From Azolla caroliniana (lineage: Eukaryota > Plantae > Polypodiophyta), in contig JBHGNT010000020.1 of assembly GCA_043228905.1 (NCBI GenBank), forward strand, positions 12,710,001 through 12,774,000: DNA of 64,000 bases, read 5' to 3'. Numbering within the stretch: position 1 is the first letter of the stretch; each line of letters opens with the position of its first letter. A model generated the notes under the pieces. That model had not been told where the DNA came from. It did no database searches and saw only the letters and a list, made by a program, of their open reading frames with translations. Below are positions 35,700 to 47,596 of this stretch, in pieces. A program made the translations under genes and the position numbers.

Positions 35700-37838
35700 A
35701 TGAGTCTTCATGAAGGCCCCATTTCTATTCACTCGGCTCACATCCTTCTAAAGAAGTATATAATCACCAAAGACATAATATCAGGTAGAAATCTTTACTC
35801 TCTCATCACAAAATCAGGGTTGCAAACCAATACATTTTTGGGTAGCCATTTCATCAGATTGTTTTCATTTTCTGAGAGTTCGTATGAATCAGAGCTCGTA
35901 TTCAGTAGGCTTATAGAGCCAAATGTGTTCAGTTATACAGCTATAATAGCAGCTTTCAATGAGCATGGCGAAGGAGAGAAATCTATTCCAATGTTTCATA
36001 GAATGCAAGAAGCAAATGTTGGACAGGATGAATATGTGTATGTCCTTGCCCTCAACTCATGTGCTATGATGTCCTCTTTATCTTTGGGAAAACAAATTCA
36101 TGCCCAAATTCTTGGAAACGATGCTAAATCAGATGTATTTGTATGCAATGCTCTTATTGATATGTACGCCAAATGTGGTGACTTTAAAGGTGCACTTACT
36201 ATGTTTGGGAAAATGCCAAGACGTGATTTGATAAGCTGGAATGCCATCATTGGTGCTTGTACACGAAATGATCTTAACGAGAAAGCTCTTTGCTTTTTCT
36301 ACAACATGCAAAAAGAGGCATTTGAGCCGAGCCCTGTGACTCTTGTCAATGTTTTAAAAGCTTGCTCTGCTTTAGAGTTCTTGGATAATGGAAGGGTGAT
36401 CCATGCTTTGGTTGTGGAAGAAGGGTTTGAGTTTGGCACTATCATTGGGAGTGCTCTTACCAACATGTATGCGAAATGTGGAGAACTCACCGATGCTTCT
36501 TGTGTGTTAGAAAGGCAACCAAATCGACATATAGGAATATGGAATGCATTAATAACTGGCTATACTCAACATGGAAGTGGTGAGAAAGCACTCAAGCTTT
36601 TTCAAAAGATGAGTAACAATGGATTTATGCCTAATGAGGTCACGTTCGTTTGCATTTTGAAGGCTTGCACTGGCATGGCATCATTTGATGATGGAAAGCT
36701 AGTCCACATCCTCATTATTGAAAATGGTCTTGAACAAGATTGTTTTATCACGAGCTCACTTATCGATATGTATACCGCAATTGGGAGCTTAAATGATGCA
36801 AGGAGGGTTTTTGATATGGTTTTAGAGCGTAATGAACTTTCCTGGAGTGCAATGGTGATAGGGTATGCTCAGCATGGTTGCAGTGAGGAGGCACTTCACC
36901 TGTTTCAAAAAATGCAGCTTGAGGATGCAAGGGGCGATCTCTTTACATTTGTTTACATTTTGAAATCCTGCACTGACATTATAGCCTTGGAACAAGGCCT
37001 GTTAATCCATTTTATTATAATTGAAATGGGAATCAAGCTAGATTCTTGCCTTGGAAGTACCTTGATTGATTTCTATGCCAAATGTAGTAGTGTCAAAGAT
37101 GCAGCGAATGTGTTTGTCCACTTGCCAAAGCAAAATGTTGTAACATGGAGTGCTATGATTGGTGGATACACATTACAAGGGAATCACGAAGCCGCTCTAC
37201 AGTCTTTTAAAGACATGAAGCATCAAGGCTTGGAGCCAGATGATGTAATGTTTATATCCCTTCTATCTACATGTGCTCAGATGGGATTAGTCAATGAAGG
37301 GAAAGATCTCTTTGATGTAATGACAAATGAATTTGGTCTCGTGCCCTCGGGTGAGCATTACAACTGCTTGGTTGACTTACTTGGTCGTGTAGGGAGGTTG
37401 GAGGAAGCTGAAGCTTTAATGAAGCTTGCACCAGCTGAATCCTCTTTTGTAGGATGGATGACATTGCTTTCACACTGTAGAGCACATGGCAGAGTTGCTT
37501 TGGCAAATAGATGTTTTCAACACATTATAGCATTGGATTGTGGTCATGGTTCAGCCTATGTGCTTATGTCAGATATTTACACTGGTGCAGGAATGTGGGA
37601 TGATGCAGCTAGGGTATGTAAAATGAAAAACTTCATTCAAGCATGGAAGAAACCAGGGAAAGCTACTATAGAGATAAACAAGACAGTACATACATTTGTT
37701 GTTGGAGATAGAAGTCATCCACAACAAGAAGACATTTATTCAAAGCTTAGCAACTTGAACTTTCAACTACTGATGGGAGGGTATGTACCACATGCAACAA
37801 CAGTAACCTCAGATGCTCACAATACATTTATGCAGTAA
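35700..37838 (+). CDS. PLS-class pentatricopeptide repeat protein with E/E+ domain, no DYW (organellar RNA-editing factor type), 712 aa, intronless
   Basis: Repeated ALIDMYAKCG / SWNAII / TFVCILKAC triplets. E domain HYNCLVDLLGRVGRLEEA...WMTLLSHCRAHG. PG box KKPGKATIEI and HTFVVGDRSHP...GYVP, then stop. Confidence 0.92.
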   Translation: MSLHEGPISIHSAHILLKKYIITKDIISGRNLYSLITKSGLQTNTFLGSHFIRLFSFSESSYESELVFSRLIEPNVFSYTAIIAAFNEHGEGEKSIPMFHRMQEANVGQDEYVYVLALNSCAMMSSLSLGKQIHAQILGNDAKSDVFVCNALIDMYAKCGDFKGALTMFGKMPRRDLISWNAIIGACTRNDLNEKALCFFYNMQKEAFEPSPVTLVNVLKACSALEFLDNGRVIHALVVEEGFEFGTIIGSALTNMYAKCGELTDASCVLERQPNRHIGIWNALITGYTQHGSGEKALKLFQKMSNNGFMPNEVTFVCILKACTGMASFDDGKLVHILIIENGLEQDCFITSSLIDMYTAIGSLNDARRVFDMVLERNELSWSAMVIGYAQHGCSEEALHLFQKMQLEDARGDLFTFVYILKSCTDIIALEQGLLIHFIIIEMGIKLDSCLGSTLIDFYAKCSSVKDAANVFVHLPKQNVVTWSAMIGGYTLQGNHEAALQSFKDMKHQGLEPDDVMFISLLSTCAQMGLVNEGKDLFDVMTNEFGLVPSGEHYNCLVDLLGRVGRLEEAEALMKLAPAESSFVGWMTLLSHCRAHGRVALANRCFQHIIALDCGHGSAYVLMSDIYTGAGMWDDAARVCKMKNFIQAWKKPGKATIEINKTVHTFVVGDRSHPQQEDIYSKLSNLNFQLLMGGYVPHATTVTSDAHNTFMQ

Positions 37839-38170
37839 GCATTGAACTCATGGGGGAAATGCTAAATAGCAAAAACTGCGTTTGAAAGGTTCATTGAAGG
37901 TAGTGTCTCAAAGAGTGGGGTTGATGACAACCCCTACGAATCCCCATATATACGCAAATAAAGAACCTCTAAAATGACAAAACAATAAGCCATAGCTCAA
38001 ATGATAAGATCTTGTCACCGGAACAATAAGGTTAAGAGTTCAAAGCCCCGTAAAGATAACGGAGAGAAAAATCAGCCATAATGCATAAGCAACAACAATG
38101 AAGATCAAAATATTGTGAACAAACATTGTAAAAGTATGCCTCATGGGTGATGAAGAATCTATTTTACATG

Positions 38171-38348
38171 TGTGGTCTCCTATTTGTGCCTCTAATGCTT
38201 AATCCCATTTTCGTATTCTATATACTCCAACCACGTGCTAGAATAATCGACACCTCAATGGTCTCTTATATGTGCCTCTAATGCTTAATCCTATGTTGGT
38301 CTTGTATATACTCTTGCCGCGTGTTAAGAGTAACCGACACCTCAATGT
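38171..38348. repeat. Two-copy ~87-bp tandem duplication
   Basis: tgtgcctctaatgcttaatcc...cgacacctcaatg occurs twice. Confidence 0.7.
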
Positions 38349-40245
38349 TCATACATGTCAATGACATTTTCTCTACACTTGCCTGCAATGCTTTAAAGCA
38401 TTCCTAGTTTACTGCCATGACTATTTCTCATTTTTATTATACCAAGGATGCCTAATATGGTAATGTACCACAATCTTTCCTTGGACATGGGTACCAAGTT
38501 GAAAAAGGGAAATCTAGTTTGATTTCACAACAAATTTTCATTGGTACTTAGTAGAGGTGTCTAATAATTGTTACTCTATCACAAGATGTCTAAAATAACG
38601 ATCTCCTATTCAATATGCAACTTGTTTGTCAATTGTCATGTTCATCATCTTTAACAACCCTTTGCTTTCTTTATTTTTACCATCCTTGTCTAACAAACTT
38701 AGGGACAGACACATGCAAATCATTAGCCACTCGTGGTTTGGAATTCTAGTGGAAATAGCTAAGTGAGACCTTTATCCATACCATCAACATGTTATTTTCA
38801 TACATTGAGTAGAATCTGAATACACCCAAACAATAAGAGATGCCATCTCGTAACCAATAGGGATGGCTCGTTTATGGGAATGTGTTGTGCATTGCATGCA
38901 ATTAAGTGAAGGGGCAACTTGAACAAGGGCTCATTACTAAGGACAAATGGACGGACGGACAAGCTACTACTAATAACAAGTGACAAAATAAAACAAGGAG
39001 AATAAAAAATGAAATCTTTGTTTTTGATATTTTGCTTATTTATTTGTTCCTTGGATGTAATTCTGTGTTATTTATTTATTTTGTTTGTAAATTAACTTCA
39101 ATTTGAATGTTTTGTTTTTAGTTGTTCCTTGATGTTGTATAATTCTTTTATTTTTATCATGAGTTCGTTAACTAATATAATTTTCTCTTTGCTCCTTTAT
39201 TTTATGTATAATTCTTGGGGTTTTTTCATTTTCTTTGTTTTTGTATGAACGACTAATTGTACAACATAAAGTGAATGTATGTATGTATCGGATGGAGTTC
39301 CTTTTTTGGTATTTTACATAAAATCGAAATTTAATAAATTATAGACACAAGTACCTCGGACAATGGACACGTGTCCAATGTTATTTTCTTTTAATTCCTT
39401 AATTTTCATTAGTCCAACGACGGAGAGAACTATTTACTCAAGTATTGGAGTCTCCTTTGCTCACATGAAACAATAGGGACTGGTAGAAAGAACATAAGAA
39501 CTTCGAAGAAACTCCACATGTTTCAATCAAATTTCAATTCCCTATTACAAATGTGTTTCCGTTTGTATGGTTGAAATAGTCGAATCAACAACATGAGTGA
39601 ACAAAGATGTCCTTACGATCCCGAACTCTTAAAAAGGTCGCGGATGAGGCGAAAGGCACAATCTCTGAGAGCCGGAAGCAAGCAAGGATGGGTCGGAGTT
39701 TGAGGCCATAATGGCATATGTCGCATGTTACTTATACGGGAGAACCAGGCTAAAAAGGAGGTGCAGAGCGACTACGAATTGGGTTGATCTGCACACGTCA
39801 ATGACACCAACATGACTCATGAGACAAAAACCAAGAGACAAGTTTTTTATGAGATAATAAGTCGAGAGGGCATGATACGTCGACATGAAGTGCGTGCGTG
39901 CGTGCGTGTGTGCGTGCGTGTGTGAACAGGAACCGAGAGAGGGGGTGCATGGTCATGGATGTAGAGCCGGACAGGTGTGAAACCAAACGAAATATCAAAG
40001 GATGCCAGAAGAAACCAAAAAGAACAAAAATGTCATGGGCACCATGAAAAAAAACACAAAAAAATGAACGGTTTAGTTAGTTGGAATGAAAACCTTTTGC
40101 TTTCTCTCTTGTTATCCTATCTCTGTCTCTGTCTCTCTCTTTGTGGACCATCTCTGTACATAGAGACAATCTCTGTGGTCCATATCTCTGTGGACCATCT
40201 CCATCTCAGATCCATTTTTGTGAGAACCTTGAATTTTGCTCCACC

Positions 40246-42188
40246 ATGCAGATGCATCACAAGTTCAAGCCCCCATCCAACCAAGACCGGCTCCTGAAGC
40301 AGCGGGTATACGAGGACGAGATCCGGGACCGGCTCGCCAACATCCACAACTATGACCACCTCATGCGGTGCGCGGAGTTCGAGATCTCCAACGAGCCCAA
40401 GATGTCGTACCGCACGCTCTCCGAGAAGCTCAGGGCCATCCGCGAGAGGCGGGACACGGACGTCCTTGGGAGGCGGGCCAAGCTCTCAGAGCTCCTTGGC
40501 CACGAGGAGGCGCGATTCGAGGAGGAGATGAAACGGGGCAGCCGCGTGAGCTTGTCCGGGCGCCGGGATTGGCTCGAGTCCGAGGCCCGTAGGATGAAGG
40601 CTGAGAGGCTGGGCCGCGAGCGGGAGGTCGCGGACACGCAGCTCGAGAGGGCCTTCCGGGACAGTTCCGATGATGTCAGGGTCCACTGCTCAAAGCAGGC
40701 CGTGCTCCGGGCTGAGGCCGAGAGGCAACGGCAGCGCGCGAGCAACCTCCAGAGGAAGGCCCGGCACGAGGAAGAGGAGAAGGGCCTCTACAAGAAGATG
40801 GAGATGGAATGGGAGAGGCAAGATGAGGTGGCCCGAGAGGAGTTGGGGCGGCAAAATGCCCGGAAACAAGAGGCAATCGACATCCTTTGTGATCAAGTTT
40901 TCATGGTCCGGAAGCTCCGGGAAGAGGAGCGAGCCGCGGTCGAAGACGACATGATCAAGCTGAACAAGAGGTGGAAACAAGAGGAAGAGGATCTGAAGAA
41001 GAAGCAATACGAGAAGAGGTGCCTCGAGGGCAGAAAGGCGCGGGAGATGCTGCTCTACAACGAGCACAACCGGGCGAAGAAGGCAGCCGTGGTCCAAGAA
41101 GAGAAGAGATACGATGCCCACATGATTGCAATGGTGTCGGAGAGAGAGGCTGAAGAAGAAAGGCAAGAGAGCATGCTCCGGGAGGCCCAGCGGAGAGAGG
41201 CGAAAGCTTATGCAGATCAGCTCAGGGCTGTGGTAGAGCAGCAGAAATGCGAGGATGATGAGCTCGAGGCGATCATCAAAGCCGAAGTTGAGGACTCGTG
41301 GCGGAAGCAAGACGAACAAACCAAGAAACAAGATGACTCTAGGAAAGCACTCCTTGATCAAGTTCATCAAGGACGCCAAGATCAAATCCAATTCAAGGGT
41401 ACACTTGCTTGTTAAGAAGCATAATATTTCATTCATGGGTGTTAATCTTAATTAGTTTATTAGTCGGGTCTTAAGGTCAGATGCATACAAAATAAAAAAA
41501 GACACCCTTCTTGCTTTGTCTCTTGATAGAGTTCTTGCTGAAGGACCAAGAAGAGCAGAAAAGGGCTGAATTTGAAAAGGATCAAGCTGATGCCATATTG
41601 GCAAAGCTAGAGGATGAGAGAAAAGTCGAACAAGCGAGACTGGTAAGCACTTTGCGTACACGGATCTTCCTTGTCGTATTAATTGTGACGGTTGAAGAGA
41701 TGTTTTTTTTAGCGATGAAAAAAGCATCGCTTCGATTGCTAGGATTTGATGTTTCATTGGCCGATTCTTGACACATTTAGCTTATCTTCTGCATTCCCCC
41801 ATTGATCAGTCTAAACAAGAAGTTAAGGATTATTTACAAGCACAAGTGAGGCACAAAAAGGCAGAAGAGCATGTCATCCAGCAGAACAAAAGAGCCGACT
41901 TTGAAGGTTCGATACTTAAAATCTTTCATTATCAATTTTGAATTTTGAGTGTTAAGCTTATTTAAGCATCAGGAGCTGGTGGGTTTCAAACAATTAGGAG
42001 CTCTCATTATGTTGGTTTATAACATACTAAGTGTTGCTTCTTGGTTTCATTTGTTTCCCCCTTGAATGCCTACCTTAGATGCAAAAGTGGCAGAAAGTAA
42101 ATATGAAGCTAGAGTGAATAAAACATTAACAGATTTGCCTCATCGGGAGCCCTACTATGGAAGAAAAGCAGTAAGATGGTATGAATAA
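40246..42188 (+). CDS. CFAP53: Cilia- and flagella-associated protein 53-like (TPH-family coiled-coil axonemal protein), ~490 aa, 4 exons
   Basis: ccaccATG start. Exons 40246-41398, 41530-41642, 41810-41906 and 42079-42188 join in phase via GT-AG. Long E/R/K/Q coiled coil including QLERAFRDSSDDVR. The C-terminal YYGRKAVRWYE* resembles the green-lineage FAP53 tail (from memory). Confidence 0.8.
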
Positions 42189-44576
42189 AGTCTATTCAGC
42201 ACAAAATTTTGAGACTCGAGAGATGTCACATAGTTTTGCTCGTGAGAAATATGACCTAACAAGGTTGTTTCCATTATGACAATCAAATTATTGAAATTGT
42301 AGATAACTTTGTCTTCAATATGATTGATTCACTTCTTAGCACTATGTCCAGTGAATCCAAATTTTGTTTAGCCATATACACATGAAAAAGGTTTTATAGA
42401 AGTAATATTGATAGAGGCCTGTTGCATACCCCATTGTCACTCTAAATCATAAATGCTACAAGTGAAATTCTCAAATATATAACAATTCTTTCATGCATTA
42501 AAAATGATGGTGCATGAGAGAGGTTGCCATTAAATTTAGCTTCAGAAAACAAGCTAGCAAGGATATCTCACACCATATCATTTTAATTTAATCATACAAT
42601 TTTTTCAGAGCACAAACAATCTGTAATCGGAAGTAACACAATGCCTGATTGTAGAAAAACAAACAAATACAATTAATTGATCATTCTCAATGAAACACAG
42701 ACAATAACCCTGTTCCACTAGAGAAACGCAAGCAAGTATCACTAATTGATCATGTAGTCTAAAAAATCATGACATTGTAGTTGTAAGCCACAAATCAAAT
42801 GACTCACAATTGTAATTGAAATCATGCATAAATCAAATAAGACAAGATTGATTATGGATACAACATACAATTCTCATTTATTATTATGATACAGCTCAAA
42901 ACCAAGAACCCCAAAGGCAAATAATGTAAAAAAAAAAGCAAAATCCAATTTTAAATTTATATACATTCTTTACAATTGTGTATTGTAGTAATTTTTTCAT
43001 GGGTTCCCAGCATTGCTTGAAGGACCACCAATGTCGGCAACAACAACTATCACTGAAACCCTTTTTTGGAAAAAATATAAAAAAATTCACTAAAAACCCC
43101 AAAAGACAGAAATTTCCTCCAAGTAGAATTCACACTTATTCATAATGTCCATGTGCAATGTTAATATCATTCTACAAAACCATGTCTCGAGTTCAAGGGC
43201 CAATATACACATTATTTTGCTTCATCGAGTAAATCAAATTTGTCTGCATTAGGCTTCGCAACCTCAGTACCGAGGACTTGAACCTTGATTATGCTTCCAA
43301 GATCTCCTAGATTTCAAGTAAATGTGGTGGCATCATCCTCCCTTTCATCCTTATACGATTCCCTTATTCATGTTTTTCAATTTTCCCCTCAAGTTCCAAA
43401 TCGTTTTTACAAACCAAGGCATGTAACAATCTGTTATGCATCATGTACCCATCCATAGTACCTCTCCATGCCTTCAAGGCACAAAACAATGTCTTTTCTC
43501 CAAAGAAATACCTTCATCAGTTTATATGCTCAACATAATGTAAGTATTTCTCCCCATGAAAATGCAAGTTTAGACTATAAAAGTTTGAGAATCCTTTGGA
43601 TTCTTAATTTGAATATGGACAAAAAACAGCTAAGTTCTCAAGAAAAACTAATGAAACTTAAAACTTCGATCAATGTCACCTTCAAGAAAAGTTTTAAACC
43701 TATATTTTACATGATTTCAAGATTGAAATTCGATTCAGAATATCTAGATCATATGCTTATAAGGGCAACTCCATTAACGAGATCCTTTTCTAGGATGAGT
43801 TATATGTTTGAGAATCAATGAAACCGAAGTGATACTCAAAGAAGGGAAATGTCATTGATTTTATTCAATGTTTTGGTGGTCTGAGTGTTGCTATATGGTG
43901 CAGGTGTGTTGGGTGGCACTATCTCACTTAGTGCATTGAATGGAATAAAGATTATTCAAAAGTTGTTCCCATGTAGAATATATTATACTATTAGAAATGA
44001 GTGCACAGCCCATAGAGGCGCAAGCAATGCAAAGATTATATCACAATGGACAAGAATATGCGCAGTCACAAATGGCCAAAACAGGTGTGGAACCTAGGAT
44101 GCAAGGTACAAAAGCTAATAAGAGCAAAATCCTCTCATTTGGCTGGGTGCTTGACATTATGAAATGGTCTAAAAGTTGGGGTGTAACAGATATATTAGAG
44201 CTCTCATAAGATGCTATGAAGTATTTGATGATAATAGGTGCACCAAGGATGAGGTGGCAAGAAACATTATAAATGTTAACCCTCAATGTTGGAATGTTGG
44301 GCCCAATACAAGGTAAAAATGCCAAAACTTACTTCTTGCATGCTCAGCAAATAAGCTAATTCGTGAGAAGTGTGATGATTTGTTAGACGTGCATAATAAT
44401 TTAAGCATCATACTCAAAACGGCACCACGAAGGGTGAGCACATATGTGTGTGCATTATTTTTCACATAGAGGGTTTTTACTACAAAGTAGTAACCCCCAT
44501 TCTTAAGGAGTCACATACAAGATGATATGTTGATTTGGCAATGATCTTACACACATTCGCATTGACTCATCAAAAA

Positions 44577-44740
44577 GTTGTCTTCACCCTATCAGGAGGG
44601 CAGGTTGAAGTAGTAGATTCCTATGTATATCTAGGAGTCACATTTACAAGCATGAGTGGGTGCTTCTCAGTGTCTAAAGCCACTAAAAATTGACTAACTC
44701 AAGGATATGCAGTTTTAGCATGCTAGAATGGCAAGTAGAA
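44577..44740 (+). pseudogene. Old non-LTR retrotransposon RT-thumb fragment
   Basis: VVFTLSGGQVEVVDSYVYLGVTFTS contains the YxYLG motif. Confidence 0.5.
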
Positions 44741-46118
44741 GCAGTATTCCAAAAATCAACCTCATCAACTAGTTTGAACCATGCTATTTTAAAGAATCAC
44801 ATGTAAGGCGTTTGAAGCATCAGAGCAAATGGAAACAACAAAACACACAGAAGGATCATGGTACTCACAGGTGATGGAGTCTACATGGACTCCACACCAT
44901 TCTAAAAACAATGGAGAAGGCTGGCCCACGACAATTTGGCCAAGTCCCGTTCGAGCTTCAAAAGCATCGGGAAGCAAACCCTTAGATGCACGCAGGATGC
45001 AATGACAATCGCAACTTGTTTAGCTTCATGATAACCTCGTTTCCATGCACCAATCAACATCAGGTACAAAATCCGGTCACCACTATTCGCATACATATTA
45101 GTTATGCACTTCATGCTTGTAAATTATCTCAAACAAACCGTTCCACCACATGCATTGAGATCATGAGCATGGAGATTCAAGAAAAATTGAGAGTTTATTT
45201 TTATTTCAGTATGGATGACATGAATTCACCCATATTTGACTTGTCTCATACATCAATCATGGCGTCTAATTAATAATTAAACTAAAGAGACTAATTTTTG
45301 GAAATCTAGGAGAAATTTATTTTGATAAGGAATTATATATAAAGAAAATAGTGGATTAAGGGTAGTTCATAGTCGGCGATAGTCCATCTACCTTGTGCAT
45401 TGCTCAACCCCTCTTTCATGAACAAATGGAAAAAGTGATGGCAGACATGACACTTACGGGATAATAAAATGGAGAGAAACATTTCCACGTAGTATTTGGT
45501 AAGTATCACTCGATCTTCATGAATTTCATTAATGATCATTGAGAGTGCACAGAACTGTAGTACATTGGGTTTCACAGACATGTGGATGGTCAACACTCGA
45601 CATATCGAATCAACGGTAGCTTAATTTCTTAACTGATGAGAAAAACTTTCAGCTTCAAGCGTGAATAAAAAGCAAAGTAAAGATGTAACCATGATTCATC
45701 ACCCAAAGCCCTCAATATAGAAACAGCGTATTGACAATCTTTTACATATAATTAACTTATACATTACATATATTCATTGATACATAAATACATGCATACA
45801 TTCATTCATTCATACATTGAATATATGCTGTCATACACATATACACACAACACATTACATACATTCATTCATTTATATATACAATCCTAAATTACATACA
45901 TACGTTCATTTAACCCTCTAACCTGCATATATACATACATCCACACATACATTCATTTTACCCTAACATGCATACATACATTCATTCATTCATTATATAC
46001 ATAATACATTCATGCATTAAGTATACAGTCATCCAATCCTACATTATCTACATACATTCATCGATCACATGTACAAATGTCGTTCTCCACATATGCATTC
46101 ATTCATACGTTATATGTA

Positions 46119-46155
<37 letters not shown>

Positions 46156-46414
46156 TTGGTGGAAGAAAAAAATGTGTCCTTTGTGAGTAGTTCAGAATTG
46201 ATACAGTACCTTCTTAGAGAGACCGTGGAAGAGGAAACAGGAAACGGTGGCAGCACAAGAACCTGTGGAGAAGAAGAATAAAACGAAGTGGCTTCGCCTA
46301 AACAAAAAGGATGCCGAGAAACAGAAGGTTGTTGGAAGACCAGGGAAGGCGAGTGAAGACAGAAGCTCGCCATTGAAGCAGGAACACAAAAAGAAATGAA
46401 GGAAGAAGGGAGCG

Positions 46415-46447
<33 letters not shown>

Positions 46448-46463
46448 AATGTATGCATAGTAC

Positions 46464-46810
46464 GTAAAATTCGTGTTCGTCTAGCATAACATTTTGCGAA
46501 TGCGAATGTTATTCAAACATTCTTGTGTTTTTTTTTCCCCCATTTTTTTAAAGATTTGTTTTTTGTTTTTTTTCTTTTGTTTTAGGTTTTTATTTACCTC
46601 AATAATAAATAGTAAATTCAAAAGTATGATATTTATCATTCGTTGAGGGCGTTTATCATACACGAATGGTTGAAACATGCTCGAATGCGAATGCACGTGT
46701 GGTACGTATGGTTAATACTATGTATGTATATATATACATTATCATATGTATGTACTATGAATCCGAGTCTTTTTTGTGAGATTTGTTGTTTGTGGGCCAT
46801 ATGTATGTAT
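46464..46810. repeat. Dispersed repeat, also present at ~53970-54275
   Basis: gtaaaattcg(g)tgttcgtctagcata...tgcgaat.ttattcaaacattctt...ttgaaacat..cgaatgcgaatgca occurs in both places. Confidence 0.7.
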
Positions 46811-47596
46811 GTATGTATGTACGTATAGATCGACACATTCGTGATATTCGCATTCGAGAATATGAAAATGGCCCTAACAATATTATAAAACCATTCGTTT
46901 TATAAAATAAATACTAATTTGGACATAGGGGTAGTTTGGTAAATTTAGAACTTCCAAGGGCATTCTGATAAATAGGCGAACTTCCAGGGGTATCATGGTA
47001 CTTTTCCCTTAATTTAAATAAATAAATAAATTTAATTCACTAAAAAAAGAACAATCACTCATTAATAGATTATAAAAATATGATTACTATTAACTTTCTT
47101 TTATAGTGTCAAATAAAAAAAGGGAGAGTTTAACTAGCATTATTATTTACGGAGCAGCGATGGCGGGAGCAAACGTAGCGGAACAGGGCGCGCAGACATG
47201 GCGTGCAGGCGCAGGAGCAGGTGCACGCTGAGGAACGCGCGCGCTGCCCAACAGAGCAAGAGGCGCCTCTTGCTGTCCAGGCCGTCACACTGGAGAACTG
47301 CAGGTAATAAGCAGTAGAGCGTTGGCGGGAGCAAATGCAGCAGAGCGCGGAGTGGGAGCAGCAGAAAAAGGCGAGCAGGAGCAGGAGTAGGTGCACGCTG
47401 AGGAACACGCGCGTTGTCCAACAGAGCAAGAGGAGGAGCACAACGCCAACTGCTGTCCAGGTACTCTCACACACAGTCCTCCCTCCCTCCCCCAACCAGA
47501 AAACGCAAAGTAACACATTAACAAAAACACAAAAGAAAGGGGGAAAGGTAGAACAACACATACAACCTAGGCTCGCAAGACACATATCTCGTTAGG

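Noticed and set aside
37839-38000. Frameshifted DYW domain after the PPR stop
   Set aside because: No HSEKLA or CxxC motif was recognised downstream.
40130-40245. Upstream extension of the CFAP53-like ORF and short ctctgtggaccat repeats
   Set aside because: Non-ATG start and low-complexity leader; ccaccATG at 40246 is the better start.
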